64,000 nt of DNA, taken from assembly GCA_002898215.1 (NCBI GenBank), contig BEIF01000001.1:841602-905601 (forward strand), given 5' to 3'. Every line of letters begins with the position of its first letter. Positions within the stretch are counted from its first letter, which is position 1. The position numbers were made by a program, and so were the translations under genes. Below the pieces are notes generated by a model, which was given only the letters and a program-made list of their open reading frames with translations, was not told the DNA's origin and did not search any database. This document shows positions 1 to 8,894 of the stretch, one piece after another. The DNA is from a bacterium HR29. Its GTDB lineage: Bacteria; Chloroflexota; Dehalococcoidia; Tepidiformales; Tepidiformaceae.

Positions 1-579
1 GTGGAGCTGGCTCGCTCCTTCGGCTACCTCGTGGTCGAGGGCGACGCCGCGGACGAACGCGTTCTCAATCGCGCCGGCATCGCCCGTGCGCGGACGCTCC
101 TTGCCGCCAGCGACTCGGATGCCGGCAACACGTACATCACCCTGACGGCGAAAGCCATCAACCCGAACTGCTACGTGGTCGCTCGTGTCGGCTACCCGCA
201 CAACGAAGAGAAGCTCAAGCTCGCAGGGGCCGACCGAGTGCTTTCGCTGTACACCCTCGGCGGGCGGAGGATGGTGCTCTCCGCGCTCCAGCCGCTGGCC
301 GCGGACTTCATGGACACGTTGGCGGCGGGGCGTCACGGCGACCTCGTCCTCGCGGAATTCGAGGTCAGCGCCGGCAATCCCCTGGCGGGACGGACCTGCT
401 CCGAACTCCTGGCGAACACCCGCAACGCGACCCTGCTGGGGATTCGAACCCATGACGGTGAGCTGGTCGTGGGACCGCGAGGCGACTACATCCTGAGTCC
501 GGGCGATATCGTCATCGTTCTGGCCGAGGAGCGCGACATCGCGGCGATGAGCTCCGGCGGGGTCGCACCGACGGCCTAA
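1..579 (+). CDS. RCK (TrkA-N/TrkA-C) regulatory domain protein of a K+ channel/transporter; 5' end lies outside the window
   Basis: The ORF runs from the window edge. The translation shows the distal part of a TrkA-N Rossmann domain (AASDSDAGNTYITLTAK..GADRVL) followed by a TrkA-C-like domain (DLVLAEFEV..GDIVIVLAEE). The first codon is not a credible start. Confidence 0.65.
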   Translation: MELARSFGYLVVEGDAADERVLNRAGIARARTLLAASDSDAGNTYITLTAKAINPNCYVVARVGYPHNEEKLKLAGADRVLSLYTLGGRRMVLSALQPLAADFMDTLAAGRHGDLVLAEFEVSAGNPLAGRTCSELLANTRNATLLGIRTHDGELVVGPRGDYILSPGDIVIVLAEERDIAAMSSGGVAPTA

Positions 580-729
580 CTCCTCGCCGGAGCTCCGCGA
601 GCCCTCCGTCGACGCGGAACGCCCGTCCCCTGGCCCATCCGTGCCGTCCGCGCGTGCTCCCGCGCGAACCAGGGTGAACGGGACGACGGACGTCCAGGGG
701 AAAACGCGGCTATCCCCATCGCCACGGGC

Positions 730-844
730 TCAAAGATGCGCGGTAAGCCCTCCGTCGACGTGGAACACCTGGCCGGTCACGAAACCGGCGGCATCCGACG
801 CCAGCCAGACCGCGAGCGGCCCCAGTTCGTTCGCCTTGCCGCGG
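730..844 (-). pseudogene. Detached 3' fragment of the SDR gene (copy 1 of the tandem repeat); encodes ..[34 protein letters not shown]-stop with no upstream body
   Basis: Stop codon tca at 730-732 is in the same position within the unit as the real stop at 1057-1059. There is no start codon or N-terminal domain. Confidence 0.75.
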
Positions 845-893
845 GGACGACGGACGTCCAGGGGAAAACGCGGCTATCCCCATCGCCACGGGC

Positions 894-1007
894 TCAAAGA
901 TGCGCGGTAAGCCCTCCGTCGACGTGGAACGCCTGGCCGGTCACGAAACCGGCGGCATCCGACGCCAGCCAGACCGCGAGCGGCCCCAGTTCGTCCGCCT
1001 TGCCGCG
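894..1007 (-). pseudogene. Detached 3' fragment of the SDR gene (copy 2 of the tandem repeat)
   Basis: Stop codon at 894-896. Same reading as copy 3 except for one substitution (V to A). Confidence 0.75.
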
Positions 1008-1056
1008 GGACGACGGACGTCCAGGGGAAAACGCGGCTATCCCCGTCGCCACGGGC

Positions 1057-1851
1057 TCAAAGATGCGCGGTAAGCCCTCCGTCGACGTGGAACACCTGGC
1101 CGGTCACGAAACCGGCGGCATCCGACGCCAGCCAGACCGCGAGCGGCCCCAGTTCGTCCGCCTTGCCGAAGCGGCGCATCGGGATGTACCGGAGGAGGCG
1201 GTTCTGGCTTATGTCGTCTGGCCCGCGTCCCGGAGTCCAGTCCATCCACCCGGTGGAGATGGCGTTGACGGTGATGTTCCGCGGCGCACCCTCCTGGCTG
1301 AGGACCCGCACCAACCCGAGGATGCCGGCCTTCGCCGCCCCGTACGCGGCGAGATGCGAGAGGCCGCGCTCGCCGAATACGGGCGTGACGAAGATGAGCC
1401 GGCCGGCCCGTCCCTGCGGCAGCTCTCGGAAGAAGGAGCGAGCGAGATGGAACGCCGCGGCCAGGTTGCCTTGGATCGCCCGCGCGAACTCGGCGTCCGA
1501 GGTGTGCTCGATTGGCTTGGCGACGAAGGTGTCGCCGGCGAACACCGCAATATCGGGCGCCCCGAACTCCTTGACGAGTTGCCGCATGCTCACCTGCACG
1601 TTCGTCCCGAGGGAGGCATCCCAGGCTTGGGAGAAGGTGACCCGGCCGAGTTCGACGATCTGCTTGCTTGCCCGCTTGGCGGCCATCACCTCCTCGCCAT
1701 CCGGTGTGGCCGAGGCAGTGGCCACGTCGGCGCCGGCTTCCGCCAGCGCCAGGGCGATCGCTTCGCCGGCGGGCGTGCCGAAGCCCACCACGACAGCGCG
1801 CTTTCCCGTCAGGTCGAACCCTGGCTTCCGTTCCCAGTCAGCCATCGTCAT
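1057..1851 (-). CDS. Short-chain dehydrogenase/reductase (classical SDR, FabG-like)
   Basis: ATG at 1851 is preceded by AGGAGG. Rossmann N-terminus (GKRAVVVGFGTPAG), catalytic AAYGAAKAG (YxxxK), and the C-terminal GQVFHVDGG typical of SDRs. The start forms an ATGA overlap with the stop of the upstream SDR. Confidence 0.85.
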   Translation of the reverse strand: MTMADWERKPGFDLTGKRAVVVGFGTPAGEAIALALAEAGADVATASATPDGEEVMAAKRASKQIVELGRVTFSQAWDASLGTNVQVSMRQLVKEFGAPDIAVFAGDTFVAKPIEHTSDAEFARAIQGNLAAAFHLARSFFRELPQGRAGRLIFVTPVFGERGLSHLAAYGAAKAGILGLVRVLSQEGAPRNITVNAISTGWMDWTPGRGPDDISQNRLLRYIPMRRFGKADELGPLAVWLASDAAGFVTGQVFHVDGGLTAHL

Positions 1852-2672
1852 GCCTCCTGCGCAGCGAGCGGGCTGTAGCCGGTGGGTGCGATACCCCCGG
1901 CGAGGCCGCCGCCATCGATGACGAACGTCTCGGCAGTGATGTAGCTCGACGCATCGGAGCAGAGGAACACGCAAAGGGGGCCGAGCTCCCACGCTTCCCC
2001 GAGCCGACCCACGGGGATGAACCGGCCCCGCTGGGCGAGAAATTCGCGCGCCTGGTCGCTCTCCGCCGGCGCTTGGGCCACGAATCCCGGGATGATGCAG
2101 TTCACCCGGATCCCCTCGCCGACCACCTGCGCCGCCACGCTCTTCGTGAGGGAGATCACGCCCGCCTTCGCAGCGGCGTATCCGAGCGAATCCGGCGCCG
2201 CACGGAGCGCCGTCCCGCTGGCGACGTTCACGATGACGCCGCCGCCACCCTGGGCCCGGAACTGGCGGATCGCCGCCCGGGAGCAGTAGAAGGTGCTGTA
2301 CAGGTTGACTTCGATAGCGTCGTGCCAGTCGGCATCGTCCAGGTCCCAGATTCGGGCCCCGGCGCCGCGACGGTCTCCGATCCCCGCGTTGTTGACCATG
2401 ATGTCGAGGCGGCCAAATTCGGCTACGGTGCGCGCGATGAGCGCATCGCACTCCTCGCGGTGCTGCACGTTCGTGGGCACGACGAGGACGCGGCGCCCCG
2501 TCCTCTCCCGGATGAACGCGGCCGTGTTTTCCAGCGCCTCGGCGCCGCGGGCGGCGATGCACACATCCGCGCCGGCAGCCGCGAGCGCCAGCGCCATCTC
2601 CCGTCCGAGGCCGCGGCTGCCGCCAGTCACAATCGCCGTCTTGCCGTCGAGCCGCAACCGTTCGAGCACCAT
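1848..2672 (-). CDS. Short-chain dehydrogenase/reductase (classical SDR)
   Basis: TGGSRGLG cofactor motif, NNAG, and YAAAKAG catalytic motif. GAGGAGG lies upstream of ATG 2672. The longer ORF in the track (to 3323) is Arg/Pro-rich and overlaps uppP. Confidence 0.88.
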   Translation of the reverse strand: MVLERLRLDGKTAIVTGGSRGLGREMALALAAAGADVCIAARGAEALENTAAFIRERTGRRVLVVPTNVQHREECDALIARTVAEFGRLDIMVNNAGIGDRRGAGARIWDLDDADWHDAIEVNLYSTFYCSRAAIRQFRAQGGGGVIVNVASGTALRAAPDSLGYAAAKAGVISLTKSVAAQVVGEGIRVNCIIPGFVAQAPAESDQAREFLAQRGRFIPVGRLGEAWELGPLCVFLCSDASSYITAETFVIDGGGLAGGIAPTGYSPLAAQEA

Positions 2673-2734
2673 CGGGGCCTCCTCGTATTCGGCGTCCGCG
2701 CGCATCCTACCCACCGGCGCCGGTTCGCGCACCA

Positions 2735-3553
2735 TCACGTCACGCGAATGGCTCCGACGAGGAGGGTCAACGCCGCGGCAGCCCACCGGTAGTAGACGAA
2801 CGGCCGCAGCGACCGCGTGCGCAGGAAGCGGAGGAGCCAGGCGATCGCCAGGGCCCCCGTCGCCGCGGCGACGGCCATCCCGACCAGCGGCGTGAGCACA
2901 CCACCCTCCGCCTGCGGCAGGTCCCGGGCTTCGAGCACGAAGGCTCCGACGAACGCCGGTGTTCCGAGGAGGAAGGCGAAGCGGGCCGCTTCCTCCCGGC
3001 GCAGGCCGAGCAGGAGCCCCGCCACGATCGTCGCCCCGGAGCGCGATACACCCGGTACGAGCGCCAACGCCTGCCCGCAGCCGATGAGGAAGGCATCCGC
3101 CGGACCGAGGACCTTGGCGTCTGGGGTGCCGCTCGCCCTGCGATCGACGACCAGCATGACCGCACCGAAGAGCGCGAGGGTGCACGCGACGAGCCACGGC
3201 TGACGCACGTTCGACTCGAACCAGTCGTTGAAGAGCAGTCCGATGACGCCCGCGGGGAGCGTTCCGACCGCGATCAGGGCCGCCATCCGGGTCCCCGGTG
3301 CCACAGCGTGCCAGCGGAAGCATCGGCTGCGGAGGTCGCCCGCCAGCCCTGCCACCATTCCCACCCAGTCGCGCCAGAAGTAGCCCAAGAGTGCGATGAG
3401 GGTGCCCGCGTGGAGGGCGACGTCGAATGCGAGCCCCTGGTCGGGCCAGCGGAAGAGCGCCGGGACGAGGATGAGGTGGCCGGAGGAGGAGACAGGGAGG
3501 AACTCCGTCAACCCTTGCACGATGCCGAGCACGATCGCCCGCAGGAACTCCAC
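2735..3553 (-). CDS. uppP: Undecaprenyl-diphosphate phosphatase
   Basis: 272 aa polytopic protein. The N-terminus LGIVQGLTEFLPVSSSGHL and the central PGVSRSGATI are UppP/BacA signatures. Confidence 0.9.
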   Translation of the reverse strand: MEFLRAIVLGIVQGLTEFLPVSSSGHLILVPALFRWPDQGLAFDVALHAGTLIALLGYFWRDWVGMVAGLAGDLRSRCFRWHAVAPGTRMAALIAVGTLPAGVIGLLFNDWFESNVRQPWLVACTLALFGAVMLVVDRRASGTPDAKVLGPADAFLIGCGQALALVPGVSRSGATIVAGLLLGLRREEAARFAFLLGTPAFVGAFVLEARDLPQAEGGVLTPLVGMAVAAATGALAIAWLLRFLRTRSLRPFVYYRWAAAALTLLVGAIRVT

Positions 3554-3604
3554 GAGAGCAGGGTCGTCGGGGCAGGCCCTACGGGCAATCGACGCGGAAT
3601 TCCC

Positions 3605-3633
3605 TGGAAAAGGCCTCAGCGAATTCGTACCAT
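3605..3633 (+). promoter_or_regulatory. Candidate leaderless-type promoter of sbcD (-35-like TGGAAA 3605-3610, 17-bp spacer, -10 TACCAT 3628-3633, ATG 6 nt downstream)
   Basis: Hexamers read directly. There is no Shine-Dalgarno sequence before ATG 3640. Confidence 0.35.
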
Positions 3634-3639
3634 TCGTCT

Positions 3640-4926
3640 ATGCGCGTGATCCATTTCGCCGACCTCCACATCGGCGTGGAGCGGTATGGGCGCCCGCTCC
3701 CGGATCGTCCGTGGAACTCCCGGGTGCAGGATTTCCTCGACGCGTTCGATTTCTTGGTCGATTACGCCATCGCCGAGGGCGCCGACGCCGTCATCTTCGC
3801 GGGGGACGCCTACAAGGACCGGGAACCGAACCAAACGTACCAGCGGGAGTTCGCTCGCCGCATCCGTCGGCTCTCCGAGGCGGGCATCGCGACCTTGCTG
3901 CTGGTCGGCAACCACGACCTCGGGGGCGCCGAGGGCCGCGCCCACGCCCTCGAGATCTACCGCGAGCTGGGCGTGCCCAACGTGTGGGTGGGCGATAACG
4001 CCTGGTTCGCCACGAACGGCATCCGGCCCATCCTTCTGCAGACCCGGAGCGGCCCCCTGCAGGTGGCCATCCTTCCGTGGCCCCAGATCGGCCGTTACAC
4101 GGCGCGCAACCCCGACGCAGCAAGCGAGCCGCTGGAGGCGGTGTTCGACCGTGTCCGTGCCGAAATGGCCAACGTCATCCGCCTCCAAGCCGAGAGCCTC
4201 GACCCCGACGTGCCCGCCATCCTAGCGGCGCACATCACCGTCGACGACCGCTTCGTCCTCGAGCGCCCGGGCAGCGAACAGCAGATGCAACTCGGGACCG
4301 CCCCGGTATTGTCCAAGGCGAGCCTCTCCGCGCATTCCTTCGATTATGTCGCCTTGGGGCATTACCACAACCGGGTGCAGCTCGACCTCCACACGCCCAC
4401 CTTCTACGCCGGCTCGTTGCAACCGGTCGACTTCGGGGAGGAGGGGGAGCGGAAGGGCTTCGTCGTGTTCGACCTCGACCCGCGGAGGCCCAAGGGCGCG
4501 CGCATTGGTGGCAGCGGCACGCCGCGCTTCGTGGACGTCCCGACGCGGAAGTTCGTAACAATCGAGGTCCGCCCGAAGGAGCCCGACCCCATGCCCGAAG
4601 TGCTCGCCGCCGTGGAGCGGCGGGACATCCGCGACGCGATCGTTCGGGTCACGGTCCACCTGGACGAGGACCAGCGTCAGCACTTCCACCCGTTCGAAGT
4701 CCGGCGCCTCCTCGAGGAGGCCCATTATGTCGTGCACGTCGCCACTCCCCTCCCCGAGCGTCCGCGGTTCAGCCTTCCCGTCGGCGTCGAGGTCCGGGCC
4801 CTCTCCCCCGTCGATGCCCTGGACCACTACCTCCGCGCTCGGAAGGTGCCCGATGCGCGGCGGGAGAAGCTGCTCACAGCGGCGCGCGAGCTGGTGGAGG
4901 ACACGTTGGGGAGCGAGAACGCGTGA
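3640..4926 (+). CDS. sbcD: Exonuclease SbcCD, nuclease subunit D (Mre11-family metallophosphoesterase)
   Basis: N-terminus MRVIHFADLHIG, plus GDAYK and GNHD phosphoesterase motifs. The stop overlaps the GTG start of sbcC. Confidence 0.88.
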   Translation: MRVIHFADLHIGVERYGRPLPDRPWNSRVQDFLDAFDFLVDYAIAEGADAVIFAGDAYKDREPNQTYQREFARRIRRLSEAGIATLLLVGNHDLGGAEGRAHALEIYRELGVPNVWVGDNAWFATNGIRPILLQTRSGPLQVAILPWPQIGRYTARNPDAASEPLEAVFDRVRAEMANVIRLQAESLDPDVPAILAAHITVDDRFVLERPGSEQQMQLGTAPVLSKASLSAHSFDYVALGHYHNRVQLDLHTPTFYAGSLQPVDFGEEGERKGFVVFDLDPRRPKGARIGGSGTPRFVDVPTRKFVTIEVRPKEPDPMPEVLAAVERRDIRDAIVRVTVHLDEDQRQHFHPFEVRRLLEEAHYVVHVATPLPERPRFSLPVGVEVRALSPVDALDHYLRARKVPDARREKLLTAARELVEDTLGSENA

Positions 4927-7490
4927 TCCCGCGGCGAATTCGGCTCCAGAACTTCCTCTCGTACCGCGAGTGCACGGTCGATTTCACAGGGCTCCACCTG
5001 GCCGTACTCTCGGGCGCCAACGGCCACGGAAAGTCGGCTCTGCTCGACGCGATGACGTGGGCCCTCTGGGGCGAGGCGCGTGGCGCACGCGACGCGGACC
5101 GCATCCGCGGAGACGGAACCGCCAAGGAGATGCTGGTCGATTTCGAATTCGAGAGCCACGGCGCGGTGTACCGGGTCATCCGGCGGTTTGTGCCCGGCAA
5201 AGGCTCCCGCCTCGACTTCCACCAGATTCTCCCCGACGGCACCGCCGTGCCCCTCGGTGGCTCGCGGATCACCGATACCGAACGGGAGATCGTCCGCCGT
5301 CTCCACCTCGACTACCAGACGTTCGTCAACAGCGCCTTCATCGCCCAGGGACGGAGCAACGAGTTCACCGCCAAGCTCCCCAGCGAGCGGAAGGAGGTGC
5401 TGCGGAACATCCTCGGCCTGGAGGAGTACGAGCTCCTCGCGCAGCGAGCAGCCGAGCTTCGCAAGGAGGTGCAGGGAGAGCTCCAGCGAGTCGAAACCCG
5501 AGTGGAGGAGCTGTCCGAAGCCACGAAGCAGCTCGACACGGTGGCGGAACAGCTCCGCGCGCTCGACGCGCAACGCACCCAGTTGGCCAACGACCTCGCA
5601 GCCGCCGAAAGGGAGCTCGCCGCCCTCCGCGAGGCCGAAGCCCGTCGGCAGGAGCTCGCTCGGCGCGTCGAAGACCTCGCGGAGCAGTGTGCCCGGCTCG
5701 CCGAGGCGCTCGAAGCAAACCGAAACGCCGAGCGCCAGAGCCTGGAGGATCTCCAGGCATGCGAGGCGGTGGCGGCAAAACGGACCGAGGCGGAAGCCCG
5801 GTACCTCGAATTGCAACGACTGCGACAGGAGGAGCAGGCGCTCGCCGAGCTCCAGCGAGCCCACCTTCGACTCTCCGAGCGGAAGCGGGAGTTGGAGCAC
5901 CAGCTCGACCTCGAGCGGCAGGGCCTCATCGTGCTCCTCCAGCAGAAGCAACAGAGCCTCGCCGATTGCCATGGGTACATTCGGGAGGCGGAGAAGACCG
6001 CCGCCGAACTCGCTGAGCTGGAAGCGCGTGCCCAGCAACGGGCGGAGCGGGAGAGCGCCATCGCCGACATGCGCCGGCGGGCCGAGGAGCTGCGCCGCGA
6101 AGCGGAGGGGAAGCTCGGCGAGGCGCGTACTCTCCGCACCCAGGCCGACGAGCTGAAGAGCCAGGAGGAGCAGCTCCGCGCCGCAGCCGGAGCTCCCGAA
6201 TGCCCAATCTGTCACCAGCCGCTCACCCCCGAGCACGTCGAGCGCGTTCTCCAGGAGTCGGCGGAGCGACGGCGGGCGATGGGCGACCGGTTCCGAGCGC
6301 TCCGCGCCGAGGCCAGCCAGCTCACCGAGGAGGCGGACGAAATCACCAAGGAAGCGGACCGCGCCCAGCAAGAGCTGGAAAAGGAGGCCCGCGCCGACCA
6401 ACAACGGCTTGTTCTCCTGGAGACGACCCGCCGGGCAGCGGAGGAGGCGAGCCGAGCGATCCCCACCCTCGAGGAGGAAATCCGAGCGACCGAGGAGCGC
6501 CTCGCGCGGGAGGAGTTCGGCGAGGCGATCCGTAAGGAGCTCCGCCACCTCGACGACGAGTTGGCAGCCCTCGGCTACGACGCTGCCCGCCACGAGACGC
6601 TGCGGAGCGGTATCGCCGCCCTTCAGGACGCCGAGGCAGCGTGGTTCGAGGTGCAAAGGGCAGCCCAGCAAGCTGCCTGGCTGAGGGACCGGCTCACCCA
6701 ACTCGCGGAAGACCGCCGCCGGCTCGAATCGGAGCAGCAGCAGACCGCAGCGCGCCTCTCCGAACTGCAGCAGACCCTCGCGACCTGCGAGGACGTCCGT
6801 CCGCGCCTCGAAGAGGTAGAAGCGCGTCGAGCATCCCTCCAGGCGGAGCTGAACGAGGCCAACACCGCCTTCGGACGGCTGGAAGAGCGGCGCCGGCTGC
6901 TGGAGGCGATGGCAGCCGAAGCGGCCGAGCTCCGCGACCGTCTCACCTCCCTGCGCGAACAAGCCGACCTCTACGCCGAGCTGGCGAAGGCGTTCGGTCG
7001 CGACGGCGTTCAGGCGATGCTCATCGACGAGGCCGTACCGCGCATTCGCGAGATCGCGAACACCCTCCTCGACCGCATGACCGGCGGTCGAATCCACGTG
7101 GACATTCGCACCCAGCGCGAGCTCGTCTCGAAGCAGGGGAAGCAGCAGGAGACGCTCGAAATCCGCGTGAGCGACGAGCTGGGCAACCGCGCCTACGAGA
7201 TGTACTCCGGAGGCGAAGCCTTCCGGGTCGATTTCGCGCTTAGGATAGCCCTTGCGAAGATGCTCGCCGAGCGCTCGGGTGCCACCCTGGCTACCCTGAT
7301 CGTCGACGAGGGGTTCGGGACGCAGGACCGAGACGGTATCGACCGGCTGGTGGAGGCCCTGAACGCCATCGCGCCGGAGTTCCGCCTCATCCTCGTCGTG
7401 ACCCATCTCGACGAGCTGAAGGAGCGGTTCGAGCGCCGGATCGAAGTGCAGAAGGACCCCGAGCGGGGCTCAGTCGCGCGGGTCGTGTGA
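4923..7490 (+). CDS. sbcC: Exonuclease SbcCD, ATPase subunit C (Rad50/SMC-like)
   Basis: GTG at 4923. Walker A (GANGHGKSALLDA), a long Glu/Arg/Leu coiled coil, a CPICHQP zinc hook near the middle, a C-terminal signature (YSGGEAFRV) and Walker B (LIVDEGFG). Confidence 0.9.
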   Translation: MIPRRIRLQNFLSYRECTVDFTGLHLAVLSGANGHGKSALLDAMTWALWGEARGARDADRIRGDGTAKEMLVDFEFESHGAVYRVIRRFVPGKGSRLDFHQILPDGTAVPLGGSRITDTEREIVRRLHLDYQTFVNSAFIAQGRSNEFTAKLPSERKEVLRNILGLEEYELLAQRAAELRKEVQGELQRVETRVEELSEATKQLDTVAEQLRALDAQRTQLANDLAAAERELAALREAEARRQELARRVEDLAEQCARLAEALEANRNAERQSLEDLQACEAVAAKRTEAEARYLELQRLRQEEQALAELQRAHLRLSERKRELEHQLDLERQGLIVLLQQKQQSLADCHGYIREAEKTAAELAELEARAQQRAERESAIADMRRRAEELRREAEGKLGEARTLRTQADELKSQEEQLRAAAGAPECPICHQPLTPEHVERVLQESAERRRAMGDRFRALRAEASQLTEEADEITKEADRAQQELEKEARADQQRLVLLETTRRAAEEASRAIPTLEEEIRATEERLAREEFGEAIRKELRHLDDELAALGYDAARHETLRSGIAALQDAEAAWFEVQRAAQQAAWLRDRLTQLAEDRRRLESEQQQTAARLSELQQTLATCEDVRPRLEEVEARRASLQAELNEANTAFGRLEERRRLLEAMAAEAAELRDRLTSLREQADLYAELAKAFGRDGVQAMLIDEAVPRIREIANTLLDRMTGGRIHVDIRTQRELVSKQGKQQETLEIRVSDELGNRAYEMYSGGEAFRVDFALRIALAKMLAERSGATLATLIVDEGFGTQDRDGIDRLVEALNAIAPEFRLILVVTHLDELKERFERRIEVQKDPERGSVARVV

Positions 7491-7573
7491 GCGCCCCGGC
7501 GCGCGTTGCCGCGCTCCCGCCCGGTTGGTAGATTGGCGATGGACGCCCGCGACGGTGCGGGCGGCGAGTCCGC

Positions 7574-7647
7574 GGCAGGGTAGCTCAGCTGGTCAGAGCG
7601 CACGACTCATAATCGTGAGGTCGGGAGTTCGAGCCTCCCCCCTGCTA
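7574..7647 (+). tRNA. tRNA with anticodon CAT (elongator Met, or Ile2 if lysidine-modified); CCA not encoded
   Basis: Manual cloverleaf: acceptor ggcaggg/ccctgct, D arm gctc..gagc, anticodon stem cacga/tcgtg with loop ctCATaa, T arm gggag-ttcgagc-ctccc. It lacks the three G-C pairs in the anticodon stem that mark initiator tRNA. Confidence 0.85.
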
Positions 7648-8223
7648 CGACCGTTCAGGAACCGCGTCCCCGGTGCAGAGGTGCCAGCCCTGAGCGAGAA
7701 GTGTCCGCGCGAGGCGTGCGCCGGGGCAGTGTGCCACGACCACCCGACCATCGAAGACCCCGTAGACGCGCGTGAACCGCTTTCCGTCTCCGGCGATGGA
7801 CTCCCAGAGGTCCCGGAAAGCGGCTCGTTCGGCTGGCGTGGGTTGGACAGGCCTGTCCCCGGGCAGGTCGCGCCACGACACGGCGCGCAAGAGCGCGGCC
7901 ACCGACTCCACGCCGAAGCGGACTTCCTCGACCACCGTTGCCGGCAGGCCGAGCTTCGCGGCCTGGTCGGCGACGCACCGCATCACTGCTGCCTCCCAGG
8001 CGTCGACGCGAGACCGCGTCGGCGCGGACAGGGCCGCCATGGCAGCGGCGACCTGCTCGTCGCGCAGGGCGTCCTCCATCGCCTCGACGGCCTCGAACAG
8101 CCGCTCGGCGAAGCCCTCGGGCGTCTTCGACAGGAGGATTCGGCGGTCATCGACCGCGACGACCCGACGGGCGCCTTCGACGCCCCGTTCAGCCAGCCAG
8201 ACGTCCAACCCTTCCGGTCTCAT
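7645..8223 (-). CDS. Hypothetical protein (192 aa, soluble, no motif recognised)
   Basis: Start overlaps the stop of the upstream universal stress protein (ATGA), which suggests co-translation. Composition is protein-like and not Arg/Pro-skewed. Confidence 0.5.
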   Translation of the reverse strand: MRPEGLDVWLAERGVEGARRVVAVDDRRILLSKTPEGFAERLFEAVEAMEDALRDEQVAAAMAALSAPTRSRVDAWEAAVMRCVADQAAKLGLPATVVEEVRFGVESVAALLRAVSWRDLPGDRPVQPTPAERAAFRDLWESIAGDGKRFTRVYGVFDGRVVVAHCPGARLARTLLAQGWHLCTGDAVPERS

Positions 8224-8750
8224 CCCGTCTCCGCCACGGCGTGGGGCCCGACCACGAGCACCGGGACCGGGGCCTGACGGATGACGCGTTCGGCTACGCT
8301 CCCGAAGAGCGCATGAGCGAGGCCGGCGCGGGCCCGCGTGGCCATGGCGATGCCATCGGCGCCCAGCCGCGCCGCCGCAGCGGCGATGGCAGCCGCCGTG
8401 TCCTTCGCACCATCGACCTCCACCCGCACCACCACCCCCGGAAAGTACCGCCGTGCGACCTCGCGCAGGTAGTCCTCACGCTCCGCGTGCACTCGTGCGA
8501 GGGCCTGCGTTCGGTCCTCGGCTGGCCTCGGTCGGGGCTCCTCGACCGTGAGTCGCTGCCCCATGACGGTCCCGGCAGGCGCGATGGGTTCGCCCAGCGG
8601 CGCCGTCGAAGTGGGCACGGCATGAACCTCGTCGGGATGGACCACGTGGTAGAGGACGACGTCGGCATCCAGAGTCCAAGCGAGCGCCGCGATCGTCGGG
8701 CACACACGTTCGCCCGCCTCGGTTCCATCGAGCGGTACGAGGATTCGCAT
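8220..8750 (-). CDS. Universal stress protein (UspA family)
   Basis: MRILVPLDGTEAGE N-terminus and the C-terminal G..GSVAERVIRQAPVPVLVV motif typical of Usp. Start chosen at ATG 8750, because the track ORF extends upstream into non-protein-like sequence. Confidence 0.8.
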   Translation of the reverse strand: MRILVPLDGTEAGERVCPTIAALAWTLDADVVLYHVVHPDEVHAVPTSTAPLGEPIAPAGTVMGQRLTVEEPRPRPAEDRTQALARVHAEREDYLREVARRYFPGVVVRVEVDGAKDTAAAIAAAAARLGADGIAMATRARAGLAHALFGSVAERVIRQAPVPVLVVGPHAVAETG

Positions 8751-8894
8751 TGCCCTGCCCTCCCCTGTGATGGGCGGTAGCGTACCGGAACCGGCATGCC
8801 GATGCGACGCCGAACGACGGGTCGCGCGGGTACCGAACGGACACCGTTTCGGCGGTACCGGCAGGCGCCCAATGTGGTGTAGGATGACAGCGCG

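Larger units (their letters stand above)
681..1168. repeat. Tandem triplication (units 681-844, 845-1007, 1008-1168; period 163-164 bp, about 98-99% identical). Each unit holds the last ~37 codons of the SDR gene at 1057-1851 plus ~50 bp of its 3' flank
   Basis: Direct reading: the string ggacgacggacgtccaggggaaaacgcggctatcccc..cagttcgtccgccttgccg recurs three times head-to-tail. There are only 3 substitutions and one 1-nt indel at a junction. Only the third copy continues into the intact gene. Confidence 0.92.

Noticed and set aside
641-1878. Plus-strand ORFs 641-910 and 736-1878, which give internally repetitive 'proteins'
   Set aside because: They are antisense read-throughs of the tandem repeat and of the SDR gene. 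Their composition is Arg/Pro/Ser-rich, they have no SD, and the minus strand encodes a clear SDR.
3554-3639. LexA/SOS box in front of sbcD, and likewise near the DinB-family gene at 49780-49834
   Set aside because: No GAAC-N4-GTTC or CTGT-N8-ACAG type dyad is present. The DinB-family protein here is the DinB_2 helical-bundle type, not DNA polymerase IV.
4827-7406. 859-aa minus-strand ORF antisense to sbcC, plus other long antisense ORFs (33277-36081 +, 57827-59767 -, 60049-61539 -, 42180-44096 -)
   Set aside because: These are typical high-GC antisense open frames. They are Arg/Gly/Pro-rich, have no motifs, and each overlaps a strongly supported gene on the other strand (sbcC, epimerase/merA/merR, nusA, infB, nadB).
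8782-8860. Three GTACCG motifs and an imperfect palindrome upstream of the large regulator, as a binding-site array
   Set aside because: The spacings (48 and 25 bp) are irregular, the palindrome is interrupted, and the hexamer is short enough to recur by chance.
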